IMG/VR virus record: IMGVR_UViG_3300029746_000007
Span: 19,505 to 83,504 of that record
Origin: a virus
Taxonomy: Duplodnaviria; Heunggongvirae; Uroviricota; Caudoviricetes
DNA length: 64,000 nucleotides
Reading direction: 5' to 3' (one strand)
Shown here: positions 1-9,766 of the stretch, piece by piece
How the letters are laid out: the number at the start of each line of letters is the position of its first letter
Position numbering within the stretch: the stretch's first letter is position 1
The notes under the pieces: generated by a model
Database searches by the model: none
Told to the model about the DNA's origin: nothing
Seen by the model: only the letters and a program-made list of their open reading frames with translations
Translations under genes and position numbers: made by a program

Positions 1-430
1 AGGAAAAGCAACTGTTGAAACAAAATATACAGTTGAATACATCACTGACGGAAAAATTGCGGATGAATTAGAACGTACAGGAGATAGCAGTCTATATACT
101 ACAAAAGAATTTGCTAACGTGTCAGAAGCAATGACATTTTATTTCAGGTGGTTTATTGATGATTCTTGTATCATTGTCCATTTATGGGAACAGATTTACA
201 TTAATGACGAAATGGTATTAGAACAAATGATAGAACCTACTGGAAATTTCAAATACTCAATGCAATCAGTTATTGACGATGGCATGAAAAAAGATCTGCA
301 TAAAGCGGAAATAAATAATGATGAATTAAAAAAGTCTAATAGATTATATTCAGACTTTATAAAAGCATTGGGAACACAATATGCGGAAATGTTTAAAGAG
401 TTTTGTAATAAGGAGGCACAAAACATATGA
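1..430 (+). CDS. hypothetical protein (5' partial; reading frame stays open to the window edge)
   Basis: The frame of ORF 119..430 has no stop back to position 2, so the gene starts upstream of the window. Confidence 0.4.
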   Translation, partial: GKATVETKYTVEYITDGKIADELERTGDSSLYTTKEFANVSEAMTFYFRWFIDDSCIIVHLWEQIYINDEMVLEQMIEPTGNFKYSMQSVIDDGMKKDLHKAEINNDELKKSNRLYSDFIKALGTQYAEMFKEFCNKEAQNI

Positions 431-615
431 ATGCAACTACATACAGCAACTATGATACCTACACAGCGGAAAAATTAATGGAGCGAAAGCGAAAATCACG
501 AAAGATTAAAGAAGATCGCCAAGCGGTCGTTGGTGCAGTCATTGGAAGTTTTGCCATGATTGGCATATTTACCGGAATGATAGCATTTTACATTGCTTTT
601 GGTTATCCATTATAG
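427..615 (+). CDS. small membrane protein (hydrophobic C-terminal segment)
   Basis: AGGAGG RBS precedes the ATG; C-terminal stretch VVGAVIGSFAMIGIFTGMIAFYIAF looks like a TM helix. Confidence 0.45.
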   Translation: MNATTYSNYDTYTAEKLMERKRKSRKIKEDRQAVVGAVIGSFAMIGIFTGMIAFYIAFGYPL

Positions 616-632
616 AAAAGGAGTGGAAAACA

Positions 633-1004
633 ATGGCAGAAATAAAAGATTGTATTAACAAGAAAATTAAAATCAGTAAAAACAGTATCACTATTAAAGA
701 TGATAATAATAAAACGTGCAGAGTTATAAGAAATATTACAAGTTTATACAATATGCAACCGAATAAACAGATTGAATATTATAAAACATTAAAGCGGATA
801 GGCTTGCATGGGAAAATAAGTATCAAAGATATCATAGTTAAAGATAATACTATGTATGCATTTAGAGATATTCAATCTAAACTATTTCATCAAAAATATG
901 GCTATTTTTCAGAATCAGAAAAACAAAAAGAACAGGAACAAGATCAGTATTTTGAAACAGCAAATTTAAATGACATTCAGGTAATAGAATGCATTTTCGT
1001 ATAA
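633..1004 (+). CDS. hypothetical protein
   Basis: AAAGGAG RBS; plus-strand ORF in the co-directional gene array. Confidence 0.45.
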   Translation: MAEIKDCINKKIKISKNSITIKDDNNKTCRVIRNITSLYNMQPNKQIEYYKTLKRIGLHGKISIKDIIVKDNTMYAFRDIQSKLFHQKYGYFSESEKQKEQEQDQYFETANLNDIQVIECIFV

Positions 1005-1195
1005 AAAAGGAGATAACACAAAATGAATAACACATATAACGTCTATGCTGATAACGTTCACAGCGGAAAATTTCAGAATGAACAGACAGCTTTTAAGTTT
1101 GCGGATTGTTTCTCAAAATTCCACGGTGTAAAGCGTGTAGCAGTCATTCACAACGGAAAAATAATCAAAAGAATAGATAAAGGGGTGAAGATCTT

Positions 1196-1528
1196 ATGAT
1201 GGAAAATATTAAAAGAATCACGATCACAGACTTTCACAGAATGGAAACTGCTGCTAAACAGTCCGTGAAAAATATTCCTGACGGTCATTGCCGGATTAAA
1301 GAAGAAGCTTATAACAGAAAGCTTGTTAATTTGTGCGAGAGCGCAAAGACACGTACTGACGGGAAAATTAAGTACATAGTAGTTATGGAAAACTACAATC
1401 AAGGCAATGCACGTTATCCACATAATATCAAGAAAGTATCAATGTATTCTGTTGGAAAATTTGCAAAAGAAACAGAAAAGACATTTGCCGGATATCGGAA
1501 AAGCAATATATTGGCATTGGTTAAGTAA
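1196..1528 (+). CDS. hypothetical protein
   Basis: plus-strand ORF preceded by an RBS-like AAAGGGGTG. Confidence 0.45.
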   Translation: MMENIKRITITDFHRMETAAKQSVKNIPDGHCRIKEEAYNRKLVNLCESAKTRTDGKIKYIVVMENYNQGNARYPHNIKKVSMYSVGKFAKETEKTFAGYRKSNILALVK

Positions 1529-1815
1529 TGGAGGGGAAAACGATTATGATAAGATATTCACTTGCATTGTATAACAATCATCCGGCATCGGAAAGAAAAG
1601 AAAATAAGAAGATGCAAAGTAGAATCATTGCGTATTGTACCAATAACAGATATGCAAGCCATTGCAAGAACTATTTTCTATTAGATTTTAGCGATGGTGA
1701 TAGAGAATCAGCTATTAAATTGTGCTTACTTGAAAATCTAATTGAAAAATATTTCAAAATAACTTACAGAAGATCATATTGTTTCATTAGAGAATTGCGA
1801 TATCAGGAAAATTAG
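1528..1815 (+). CDS. hypothetical protein
   Basis: plus-strand ORF; GGAGGGG lies at its start, so the true start may be the ATG at 1546. Confidence 0.4.
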   Translation: MEGKTIMIRYSLALYNNHPASERKENKKMQSRIIAYCTNNRYASHCKNYFLLDFSDGDRESAIKLCLLENLIEKYFKITYRRSYCFIRELRYQEN

Positions 1816-1855
1816 GCAGAAACAGTAAACCATATTATCGGAAAGAAAGTATTGA

Positions 1856-2530
1856 ATGAAGAATAGGAGACAGAAAGAAATGACAAGCGAAAAAATCTTA
1901 GAAATGTTACACGACGGGAAAATTGAAGAACTGGAAAAGATTTTACAGAATGAAATCTATAAGAAGTCTTTGAAAAACAATGGAAGTGCAGTTAAACGCT
2001 ATAAAGCTATGGAAAGATATTTTAAAACGCTTTACGAAAATCAGCGTGAAGAAATGAGTAAACCATGTAAAAATATCTCTGTGTTTGGGAAAAATTATAC
2101 ATGTTTTTTAGATGGATATTGTATTGCTTTAACTACGGAAAGTATTGGAAATATTGAAGAATATGATAACTCTAATAATACATATTTTGACGTAGAAAAG
2201 ATGATAGACTTTAGCATGGCAAATGAAACGAAAGAAGTTAATATATCGGAAATTTTAGCCAATGCAAAAAGTAAAGGTTATAAATATAAAAAATGTGAAT
2301 ATTGGACTGGTGAAAAAGCTAATTACTTATTAAAGATTAATGACTGTTATGTAAAAATCGGTCTATTAGATAAAGCGTTTTCAATCATTAATGACGGAAA
2401 TAATGCAGAGTTGTATTACATAAATAGAGTTTCACCCATTCTTATAAAAAATGAACTAGGTATTGCTCTTGTATTACCCATCAATATGAATGAAACAATG
2501 GAAAAAAATTATACAATTATTAATGCATAG
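1856..2530 (+). CDS. hypothetical protein
   Basis: 224-aa plus-strand ORF, upstream GAATAGGAGA RBS. Confidence 0.5.
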   Translation: MKNRRQKEMTSEKILEMLHDGKIEELEKILQNEIYKKSLKNNGSAVKRYKAMERYFKTLYENQREEMSKPCKNISVFGKNYTCFLDGYCIALTTESIGNIEEYDNSNNTYFDVEKMIDFSMANETKEVNISEILANAKSKGYKYKKCEYWTGEKANYLLKINDCYVKIGLLDKAFSIINDGNNAELYYINRVSPILIKNELGIALVLPINMNETMEKNYTIINA

Positions 2531-2564
2531 AAACACACGACTAGCAGCCATAAAAAGTTGCTAG

Positions 2565-2813
2565 TTGTTTCACTTATTAAAGAGAATAAGACAAAAGGAA
2601 GGAATGAGAAATATGAAAGAATATGAATTTACACCAAAACAATCAGCGGAAAAATTAATGAACTTTATCCGTGATATGGGAGACGATGAAGATCAGATTG
2701 AACAGGAAAAAGAATACGTTGCAGAGCTGTTTGACGAATTGCAGAAGTCGGAAAAATTTGAAGTGTTAGCACATTATTTCGATCTTATGTTTATGGATAG
2801 TGCTTTCAAATAA
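2565..2813 (+). CDS. hypothetical acidic protein
   Basis: plus-strand ORF; a likelier start is the ATG at 2613 after AAGGAAGGAATGAG. Confidence 0.4.
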   Translation: MFHLLKRIRQKEGMRNMKEYEFTPKQSAEKLMNFIRDMGDDEDQIEQEKEYVAELFDELQKSEKFEVLAHYFDLMFMDSAFK

Positions 2814-2829
2814 AAAGGGGTAGTGAGTA

Positions 2830-3021
2830 ATGATGGAAAATAATCTTATCAATGCATTTAATGAAATGAATAATACAAGCTATAGCAGCGTAGAAGAAAT
2901 TCAGGAAATGTATTCTAAAGCGGAAATTTTTCAATCATGGTTAGAATATGAGGGTATTTACGGATATACTACAAAAATACTTCACGTATTGGAAATTTTA
3001 GAGAATAAGGAGTTGTTATGA
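2830..3021 (+). CDS. hypothetical protein
   Basis: plus-strand ORF after AAAGGGGTAGTGAG. Confidence 0.4.
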   Translation: MMENNLINAFNEMNNTSYSSVEEIQEMYSKAEIFQSWLEYEGIYGYTTKILHVLEILENKELL

Positions 3022-3455
3022 ATTATATAGAAATAGCAAAAGCAATAGAAGAGTTTGATTCTATGACATCAGAAGAAATTCAAAATAACATAAAACCCAT
3101 TATTAAAAGTTATAGCAAAGAGTTTCTTTCTGAGTATCTTGGGGTGTCAAAGGAAAATTTATATAGAATGTGTAAAAGCTTATTTGTAAGAAATAATGAA
3201 AAAATTAGATTTACAACATATATTAAAATTATGAGTTTAGGTGTTAATCCAAAATATAACGGGAAAAGATTCTACAAATCAAGAAAAACAAGCGTACAAA
3301 AATCTACTGGAAATAATAATGATATTGTTCATATCAGAACAAGAAAAACGCCGGAAGAAATCAAAGCAAAGCAGAAAGAATATCAGCATAGATATTACGT
3401 GGAAGTAACTAAGAAAAAACGAGCACAAAAGCGAATGGAAACAACAAGGAAATAG
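3018..3455 (+). CDS. hypothetical protein with basic C-terminus
   Basis: overlaps the upstream stop (ATGA coupling); KR-rich tail. Confidence 0.45.
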   Translation: MNYIEIAKAIEEFDSMTSEEIQNNIKPIIKSYSKEFLSEYLGVSKENLYRMCKSLFVRNNEKIRFTTYIKIMSLGVNPKYNGKRFYKSRKTSVQKSTGNNNDIVHIRTRKTPEEIKAKQKEYQHRYYVEVTKKKRAQKRMETTRK

Positions 3456-3476
3456 CAATTTCATTATAGAAATGGA

Positions 3477-4181
3477 GTGAAAATTATGTATGTTAAAAAA
3501 GATTATAGTTATATCAATAACAATAGAATGACGTTGATTAAAAAAGGATATGGAAAATTAACGGTTCATTCTATTAATTTTAATCGGCATTATTCAGAAG
3601 AACAGAAAGAAGAGAATTGTCAGATTGCAAAATCTATGACAGATGCGGAATGGAGTAAACATTGTGAAGATGTCGCAAGAGGCTTTTCAAAATCATTAAA
3701 TGACATTTTAAAGCATTTTGTGGATAAATATGATGTCCATCAAGTTTCAGAAGAAACAAGCACGATGGAACATTACAAAAGTAACTGGGATTTATATTTT
3801 TGGAGTAATGAGGGATGGAATGGGAAAGATTATATGGATTGTTTCAAATTATCTTTTAATAAAAATAGAACACCAGAAGAGAATATCAAACTGTTGGAAG
3901 AAATTATTCCTATGGTAGAAGGTATGGATTATGAAAATATTGGTTGTCGTATTCAATATAATGCTGTTATCAACAATGAAAAAGTAGAAAAAGAAGCGAA
4001 AATAATTTGTGATAGTTTGATTGGGAAATCCATAATTTATTGCGGAATGATTGGGAAAATAAAAGTGGTAAGTGAACGCAATGGAAATAAAGAATATGGA
4101 TTCTTCAAAAAATATGCAAGAAGTAAATACTATCATATATCATATGTTGATATTTTGGCAATGAATATGGAAAAGGAGTAA
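3477..4181 (+). CDS. hypothetical protein
   Basis: 234-aa ORF after AATGGAGTGAAAATT. Confidence 0.5.
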   Translation: MKIMYVKKDYSYINNNRMTLIKKGYGKLTVHSINFNRHYSEEQKEENCQIAKSMTDAEWSKHCEDVARGFSKSLNDILKHFVDKYDVHQVSEETSTMEHYKSNWDLYFWSNEGWNGKDYMDCFKLSFNKNRTPEENIKLLEEIIPMVEGMDYENIGCRIQYNAVINNEKVEKEAKIICDSLIGKSIIYCGMIGKIKVVSERNGNKEYGFFKKYARSKYYHISYVDILAMNMEKE

Positions 4182-4341
4182 TCAAAATGAAAACATGGTG
4201 TATTGATTTTGAAAATGAAGAATTAGGTATATCTGTAGACGCAAGAACTAAGGAACAGGCAGTGGAAATTTCGGAAAATCCTTGTAACTGGAAAGACGGA
4301 AAGAAGAGAAAAGTATCTTCTGTATATGAATTTTAGGGCGG

Positions 4342-4590
4342 TTGATGGAAATGAAAAATATAGATTATGATAAGTTAGCTATGGCAATTATCAATGAGTA
4401 TGAATCAGATCGTGCAGAATCTGGTAGGAAAGAAATTAGAAAAGGAATGAAATATGTGTTAGATAAATATAAATCTGAGCACGATAAAGAGATTATTGAT
4501 GAAATGCTTATGACCTTTACTGGATGGAATTTAGAAACACTTATTCAAAAGTCAGAAAAGATAAGTGATGATGAAGTAGAAGAGGAATAA
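4342..4590 (+). CDS. hypothetical protein
   Basis: plus-strand ORF. Confidence 0.4.
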   Translation: MMEMKNIDYDKLAMAIINEYESDRAESGRKEIRKGMKYVLDKYKSEHDKEIIDEMLMTFTGWNLETLIQKSEKISDDEVEEE

Positions 4591-4593
4591 TTT

Positions 4594-4878
4594 ATGACAG
4601 AAGAGCAGCGGAAATTTAAAGAGAAAATAAAACATGATTTAGGTTATGATGCTGATTTTAACACATATTGCATCACAAGAGGACGTGGATGGTCTAAGTC
4701 AGGTGGATCGTGCGGGGCTTGTATTGATGCAACTTTTACAGGTGATAACGGAATTACTGGAACTGTAACGTTACTACTTTGTCATCCATTAAGAGTATAT
4801 AACAGAAATAAATATAAATTGATAGAAAGAGATAATGAACGTACACATGATACTTTTATTGAGATTGAAGAGAAATAG
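4594..4878 (+). CDS. hypothetical protein
   Basis: plus-strand ORF starting right after the upstream stop. Confidence 0.4.
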   Translation: MTEEQRKFKEKIKHDLGYDADFNTYCITRGRGWSKSGGSCGACIDATFTGDNGITGTVTLLLCHPLRVYNRNKYKLIERDNERTHDTFIEIEEK

Positions 4879-4897
4879 GAAATGGAGATGATAATTA

Positions 4898-5167
4898 ATG
4901 AATGCAACAATACAAAATGGTCAAGTAACGTATGTCGGTTTTAATCCGAATGATAACAACAAATGGCTTATTGAGACAAGAGGCAGTTATACATACGTGA
5001 ACTATCAGAAAGATGAATTCACACAAGTGATCTTTGGATATGTAATAAAACAGTCCAATGGAAAATATAAAGCATTTCATGGATTAGATGAAAAGGATGC
5101 AAAGTATTTTGATACTGTTGATGATGGAATTAAATATGTTAAATCATTTAAAACAGAAATGGAGTAA
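4898..5167 (+). CDS. hypothetical protein
   Basis: plus-strand ORF after GGAAATGGAGATG. Confidence 0.4.
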   Translation: MNATIQNGQVTYVGFNPNDNNKWLIETRGSYTYVNYQKDEFTQVIFGYVIKQSNGKYKAFHGLDEKDAKYFDTVDDGIKYVKSFKTEME

Positions 5168-5391
5168 TGATAATGGAAATTAACAATGTTGTAAATAATG
5201 GAGTACAGATACCAAACGAATGTACTTGTATATGGTGTGGCTCAAAGATGAAACGTGGTGGTGCTAATCGTATTGGTGCAGGAGTCAATAGTTTTTCTTT
5301 ATGGTGTGATAATTGCGGAGCAGTAGTTGTACACGCTTGTGATTTTGGAAAGAAGATTACTGGATATGAAGTGAAATGGGATGTGGAATAG
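5167..5391 (+). CDS. zinc-ribbon protein (CxxC ... CxxC)
   Basis: motifs CTCIWCG ... CDNCG. Confidence 0.4.
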   Translation: MIMEINNVVNNGVQIPNECTCIWCGSKMKRGGANRIGAGVNSFSLWCDNCGAVVVHACDFGKKITGYEVKWDVE

Positions 5392-5430
5392 ACTTGAAAC
5401 AAGATTTTTAATAGGTAAGGAGAAGAGAAT

Positions 5431-5757
5431 ATGACAGTAGAAAGACTGATTAAACAATTGGAAAATTACAATCCAAAGGCAGAAGTTAGGTTGAATGATT
5501 GTAGAGGAACAACCGCTTTATTTGCTGTGGCTTTAGCTGATAACGATGACCTTGTGTGGATTGAAGGCAAAGATGATATTGATCTCGGAGAGGAAATTTC
5601 TGCAAGGTTTGAAAGAGCAAGCGAAATTCAGACGGATGAACTTGATTTCTTTATGGATTTACTTGATATGGGGATCACATTGAAAGATATTGAGTTATAT
5701 TGTCCAGACAAATATGAATACAGTAAGACATTTATGGAAGATCATGGGCTGATTTAA
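5431..5757 (+). CDS. hypothetical protein
   Basis: AAGGAGAAG RBS. Confidence 0.45.
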   Translation: MTVERLIKQLENYNPKAEVRLNDCRGTTALFAVALADNDDLVWIEGKDDIDLGEEISARFERASEIQTDELDFFMDLLDMGITLKDIELYCPDKYEYSKTFMEDHGLI

Positions 5758-5788
5758 TCAGCCTTTGAAACGATGATTTCAGAAACGC

Positions 5789-6055
5789 ATGTATAGAAAG
5801 AAGAGGTGCATAATGGAAACTTTATTCTTTAATAACGAAACGATCATTGTTACGGAAAATATAAATGGAGATATGTATTTATTAAAGTCAAAATATATTC
5901 AAGACATTTTGGATGATTCGGACGGAAATTGTGATTTTGTTCCACCAAACGATGCAAGAGTGTATTTTGCAAGCTGGAACGGAAAACCGATCAGTCCATA
6001 TGAATATACCGATTTTGAATCACTAATTAAATGGTTTAGAGAATTACAGAGATGA
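5789..6055 (+). CDS. hypothetical protein
   Basis: plus-strand ORF. Confidence 0.4.
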   Translation: MYRKKRCIMETLFFNNETIIVTENINGDMYLLKSKYIQDILDDSDGNCDFVPPNDARVYFASWNGKPISPYEYTDFESLIKWFRELQR

Positions 6056-6088
6056 TAAAACAATGATTTCTTAATTGGAGGAAATATT

Positions 6089-6409
6089 ATGTTGGAGTAC
6101 AGAGAAAGAAATGGAAATAAGCATATTGTATCTGATAATGAATTGAATGCTTTTGCATGGGCTGGATACTATGCGAATTGTTCAACTATTTTAATTAATG
6201 GTAAAAGCTACGAAGTTGTTCATGTAACTGATAGCGAAATTGAATTTGCAGATGGGACATACCTTCCATTTGGGTGCTATTCAATTTTCAAAAGTGATGA
6301 TGAAGTGAAATTCTTTGATGACTATAAATTGAGAGAAGTCAGAAAGGAGAACCCGTTAGAACACGAATATTACTGTTTTAATGATGAACAGTTTTTAAAA
6401 GTGGCATGA
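6089..6409 (+). CDS. hypothetical protein
   Basis: TTGGAGGAAAT RBS. Confidence 0.45.
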   Translation: MLEYRERNGNKHIVSDNELNAFAWAGYYANCSTILINGKSYEVVHVTDSEIEFADGTYLPFGCYSIFKSDDEVKFFDDYKLREVRKENPLEHEYYCFNDEQFLKVA

Positions 6410-6434
6410 TGAAACGGAAATTTCAAAAAGGAGA

Positions 6435-6746
6435 TTGATAAGTATGAATAAAGAGATACATTGGTATGAATTATGCTTCTATGGAGACGAGGATGAAGAA
6501 TGTGAAAAATACGATGCAAGTAAAGCTTGTAGTTTTGTAATTAAAACAGAAATACCACCTGTAATTGATCCAGAAGTTGCTCTGAAAATTTTGTTTGGAG
6601 ATCCAAGGGAGCAGTGGGAAAAAGAACTTATGGAAAATTGTACTTGTGTAATGGAAATAACGGAAGATGATGCGAATTATTTTGATATAGAAGATCTTAC
6701 CAAAAGGGTAGAAAGTGAGTACGGAGTATATTACACAAGGCAATGA
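6435..6746 (+). CDS. hypothetical acidic protein
   Basis: AAAGGAGATTG RBS; the likely start is the ATG at 6444. Confidence 0.45.
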   Translation: MISMNKEIHWYELCFYGDEDEECEKYDASKACSFVIKTEIPPVIDPEVALKILFGDPREQWEKELMENCTCVMEITEDDANYFDIEDLTKRVESEYGVYYTRQ

Positions 6747-6773
6747 AAAGCACATTTCAAGGGAGGATACGAT

Positions 6774-7124
6774 ATGGATTTACTTAGTTTTATTACGAAG
6801 AAATATAAAGATAAAATTAAAAAATTGGAAGATCAAATTAAATTTATGAAATGGGAATGGGAACAAGAGCGACAATTATATGGAAAAAAAACAAAAGAAA
6901 GATTTTTAAAACAGAAGGTTGATTGGATAATTGGTGGAGTCGATTTAAAAACACATAGGGAAATACATAGACCTATATATGGATTAACAAAAACAGAAAC
7001 AAAAGAGATATGCGAGGTTACAAAATACCATTTAAACAAAACAGGATTTAAAGCACAAGTTTTATTTCATTGGAGCGAAGATAAATCGTGTTACGTTATT
7101 GATGTAAAAATAATCGGATATTGA
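6774..7124 (+). CDS. hypothetical protein
   Basis: AGGGAGGATACG RBS. Confidence 0.45.
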   Translation: MDLLSFITKKYKDKIKKLEDQIKFMKWEWEQERQLYGKKTKERFLKQKVDWIIGGVDLKTHREIHRPIYGLTKTETKEICEVTKYHLNKTGFKAQVLFHWSEDKSCYVIDVKIIGY

Positions 7125-7377
7125 TGAAAAGTACGTTTCTATAGAAAGGAAAATAAATGGATTATGGAAGATATTGAAGATTGATTGGAGGTAGATGATA
7201 TGTTGAGATGTTTAATTGATGCTTCTATTCCAGAAGATGATAAATGCTCTAAATGTTGTTTTTATTGTGATGAAAAAGATAGTTGCGAACACAGATGTGT
7301 TGGACTTGAAGAATGGAAAACGGAAGAAGAAATTGAAAATAATTGTACAGAATGTTGTTAATGAAAACCGCATTTGA

Positions 7378-7674
7378 TTGGAGGTTAAATATATGGATTC
7401 AAGATTTTTTGAAAGAAAATGTTTTACAACAACGTCAGATTGTTTGTTGGAATTTATGAAAGAACAGGTTGACGATTCATCTTTGACATTTAATATGGAA
7501 AAAGATACTAAAGAAGTGTTTCTATATAGTCCAGCATATGATGTTGAGTATAATGAAGATGATATTATTGATCGGGTTGGAAATGAATTAGGAGTTGAGA
7601 TTAATAATATTTTTGTAGATGGAGATGAATATTGCGCTGCAATTTATTTTACAGTAAGAAAATTAGAGCAATGA
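7378..7674 (+). CDS. hypothetical protein
   Basis: TTGGAGGTTAAAT RBS. Confidence 0.45.
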   Translation: MEVKYMDSRFFERKCFTTTSDCLLEFMKEQVDDSSLTFNMEKDTKEVFLYSPAYDVEYNEDDIIDRVGNELGVEINNIFVDGDEYCAAIYFTVRKLEQ

Positions 7675-7842
7675 AAACAGTATTTCTTGGAGGAAGTTTA
7701 TGGAAGAAAAATATAAAGAATTATTAGACGAATTAGAAGAAAAGTATAATGATTTAATAGAAATTTACCCGGATAAATTTGAGTTAGTGATATTTGCACA
7801 TGAGGTAACAGAAATTTTAATAAAATATGACAAATTAAAACA

Positions 7843-7873
7843 AAGCAGATAACAATATGTTGTCTGCTTTTTA
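7843..7873 (+). terminator. rho-independent terminator
   Basis: stem AAGCAGATA/TGTCTGCTT (8-9 bp, one G-U) with a 9-nt loop, then TTTTT. Confidence 0.6.
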
Positions 7874-7911
7874 AGTTGGAGAATATAAAATTGAAAGGTG
7901 GTAGATAAAAT

Positions 7912-8145
7912 ATGAGCACAGAAAGTATTGAAGGAAGCAAACAGGAAGCAAGAGACTATGAGGAAATCGGAGATTATTTTTCTGAAATTGTAGAGAACAA
8001 CAGTGACAGGTACTCTTTTGAATGGGGAGTTTCTTCATCAGCAAATGTAAAAATGGAAGTTTATGATAAGGAAAAAGAAGTTGGATATATCGTAAAAATT
8101 GAAAAGATCGAATATGATGAAAATGACGAGCCAGTGAATATTTAA
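7912..8145 (+). CDS. hypothetical acidic protein
   Basis: AAAGGTGGTAG RBS. Confidence 0.4.
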   Translation: MSTESIEGSKQEARDYEEIGDYFSEIVENNSDRYSFEWGVSSSANVKMEVYDKEKEVGYIVKIEKIEYDENDEPVNI

Positions 8146-8164
8146 AAAAATGAGGTGTTGAATT

Positions 8165-8392
8165 ATGGCAAAAGAATTTATTTATAACAAAGTAAAAGAA
8201 ATTGGAAAACTTGAAGAAAATACAACGGTGGAAATCGGACATTACAAAGTGGACGGAAAAGATATGCCGGATAAAGTATATCTTGTATCACATTTTACAC
8301 GGAGAAATGGAACGGAAGATAGTAAGGCAACGGCAATTTGCAAAGTTGAAGATGCAAAGCAGCTTGGAGAATTATTGATTGGAATTGAGTAG
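8165..8392 (+). CDS. hypothetical protein
   Basis: GAGGTG RBS. Confidence 0.4.
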   Translation: MAKEFIYNKVKEIGKLEENTTVEIGHYKVDGKDMPDKVYLVSHFTRRNGTEDSKATAICKVEDAKQLGELLIGIE

Positions 8393-8405
8393 ATGAAAGA
8401 GAGGT

Positions 8406-8714
8406 TTGATTGTAATGGAAAGAGCTAAAGCAATTATTATTGCACATGATTTTATTGAAAATATGAATCCTGATCATTGGAATGGGGTTGGAAACAAACC
8501 AAAATCTTTCAAAGATTACTCACAGCAGCGTTCATTAACAAAAAATGTAAATTTGGAAATTACATTTGTATATAATGAAGTAGACGGATGGCATCATTGT
8601 TGTGATTTGGTGAATAAATCAGATAACAGTTCTTTTGATATGTTAAGCGGAAATAGTATTAATTCAGTAATAGATCTTGCAAATACAATTATGGATTTAT
8701 GTAAGGACTATTAA
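8406..8714 (+). CDS. hypothetical protein
   Basis: plus-strand ORF; an intrinsic terminator follows it. Confidence 0.45.
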   Translation: MIVMERAKAIIIAHDFIENMNPDHWNGVGNKPKSFKDYSQQRSLTKNVNLEITFVYNEVDGWHHCCDLVNKSDNSSFDMLSGNSINSVIDLANTIMDLCKDY

Positions 8715-8773
8715 CAAGACAATGAAAGTCGGATTTCAAACGGAGGAAATAATCAAATAAATACATAGAGAAT

Positions 8774-8805
8774 ATAAGAGTGTCAAAACGATACTCTTAT
8801 TTTTT
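8774..8805 (+). terminator. rho-independent terminator
   Basis: 8-bp stem ATAAGAGT/ACTCTTAT with an 11-nt loop, then TTTTTT. Confidence 0.65.
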
Positions 8806-8976
8806 AATATGAAAGGAAAATTACAATGAAAAAAATATTTTGTGAAACCGAAGAAAAATTTTACGAGATGAAAAGAAGATATGACTTGGAAGATTGTGGA
8901 ATGTCTGGGTTGTATCCGGAATACCACTGGTATCAAGATGCAAATGCAAATGTGGCAGTATATAGGAGGTGCTGAT

Positions 8977-9228
8977 ATGTTATACAAAAAAGTTGCCGGA
9001 TTTGAGGATTATGATATTTTGGAACCGGCTATTAAAGACATAGACATTATGGATTTTCAGAAAGAAGTTGTAAATGAATATATAGATGTACCATTCACAA
9101 TCGTTGAGAAAGAAATAGAGACTGAGAAGAATAGACAGAAATACGAGATCAGTGATTCGTTCGTTACCGGTTTTGCAATATTCGTAATAGTTGTCGGACT
9201 AATAATGCTAAAAATTTGTTGGATTTAG
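8977..9228 (+). CDS. membrane-anchored hypothetical protein
   Basis: ATAGGAGGTGCTGAT RBS before the ATG at 8977; C-terminal TM stretch FAIFVIVVGLIMLKICWI; the 8881 start listed in the ORF track is probably too far upstream. Confidence 0.4.
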   Translation: MLYKKVAGFEDYDILEPAIKDIDIMDFQKEVVNEYIDVPFTIVEKEIETEKNRQKYEISDSFVTGFAIFVIVVGLIMLKICWI

Positions 9229-9242
9229 AAAGGAAATGAAAA

Positions 9243-9323
9243 ATGTACGAGTTAGGAAGAATAATTGGATATGTGATATTTTTTGGGTTTATTATTGGTA
9301 TCTTATGGGGAGCAGCACAATAA
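9243..9323 (+). CDS. tiny hydrophobic peptide (26 aa)
   Basis: AAAGGAAATG RBS; single TM helix; first of three tandem mini-ORFs. Confidence 0.3.
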   Translation: MYELGRIIGYVIFFGFIIGILWGAAQ

Positions 9324-9339
9324 GGGAAGGTGATATAAA

Positions 9340-9399
9340 ATGGTTAAAATGATTGTTGCTGGAATATTATATTTAATCGGATGTATTTTAGACAGGTAG
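9340..9399 (+). CDS. tiny hydrophobic peptide (19 aa)
   Basis: AGGGAAGGTGA RBS; second of three tandem mini-ORFs. Confidence 0.25.
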   Translation: MVKMIVAGILYLIGCILDR

Positions 9400-9408
9400 G
9401 TGATAAGA

Positions 9409-9477
9409 ATGTATGGGTTCGGGATAGTTCTACTTATCATCGGATTTGGAATAGCCGGAATTATTAAAGGTGAATAG
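9409..9477 (+). CDS. tiny hydrophobic peptide (22 aa)
   Basis: AGGTAGGTGA RBS; third of three tandem mini-ORFs. Confidence 0.3.
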   Translation: MYGFGIVLLIIGFGIAGIIKGE

Positions 9478-9478
9478 C

Positions 9479-9766
9479 ATGAGCAAAAGAAAAGGGAATC
9501 CGAAGAAGTCATCGGAATTTATTTGTCTAAGATGCTTGAGAACAGAAGGATGTACTTGTAACGGATTGCAGAGAATACACAATATGAGAAAAGAGAATCA
9601 TGTGAAAAATCAATGGTGCGCTTTTGGCAAAGAAGAAGTTAAAGCATTGGAGATTAGAGAAAAGGATTTTTATTGTGAAAAACGTATAGAAGCAGAGATT
9701 TTGCATGAGAAATATTATGGAGGAAATGATTATGCAGGGATTGGCAGTAAAAGATGTAGAATTTAA
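9479..9766 (+). CDS. Cys-rich hypothetical protein
   Basis: CLRCLRTEGCTC motif; probable start is the ATG at 9479 (the ORF track lists 9470). Confidence 0.4.
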   Translation: MSKRKGNPKKSSEFICLRCLRTEGCTCNGLQRIHNMRKENHVKNQWCAFGKEEVKALEIREKDFYCEKRIEAEILHEKYYGGNDYAGIGSKRCRI

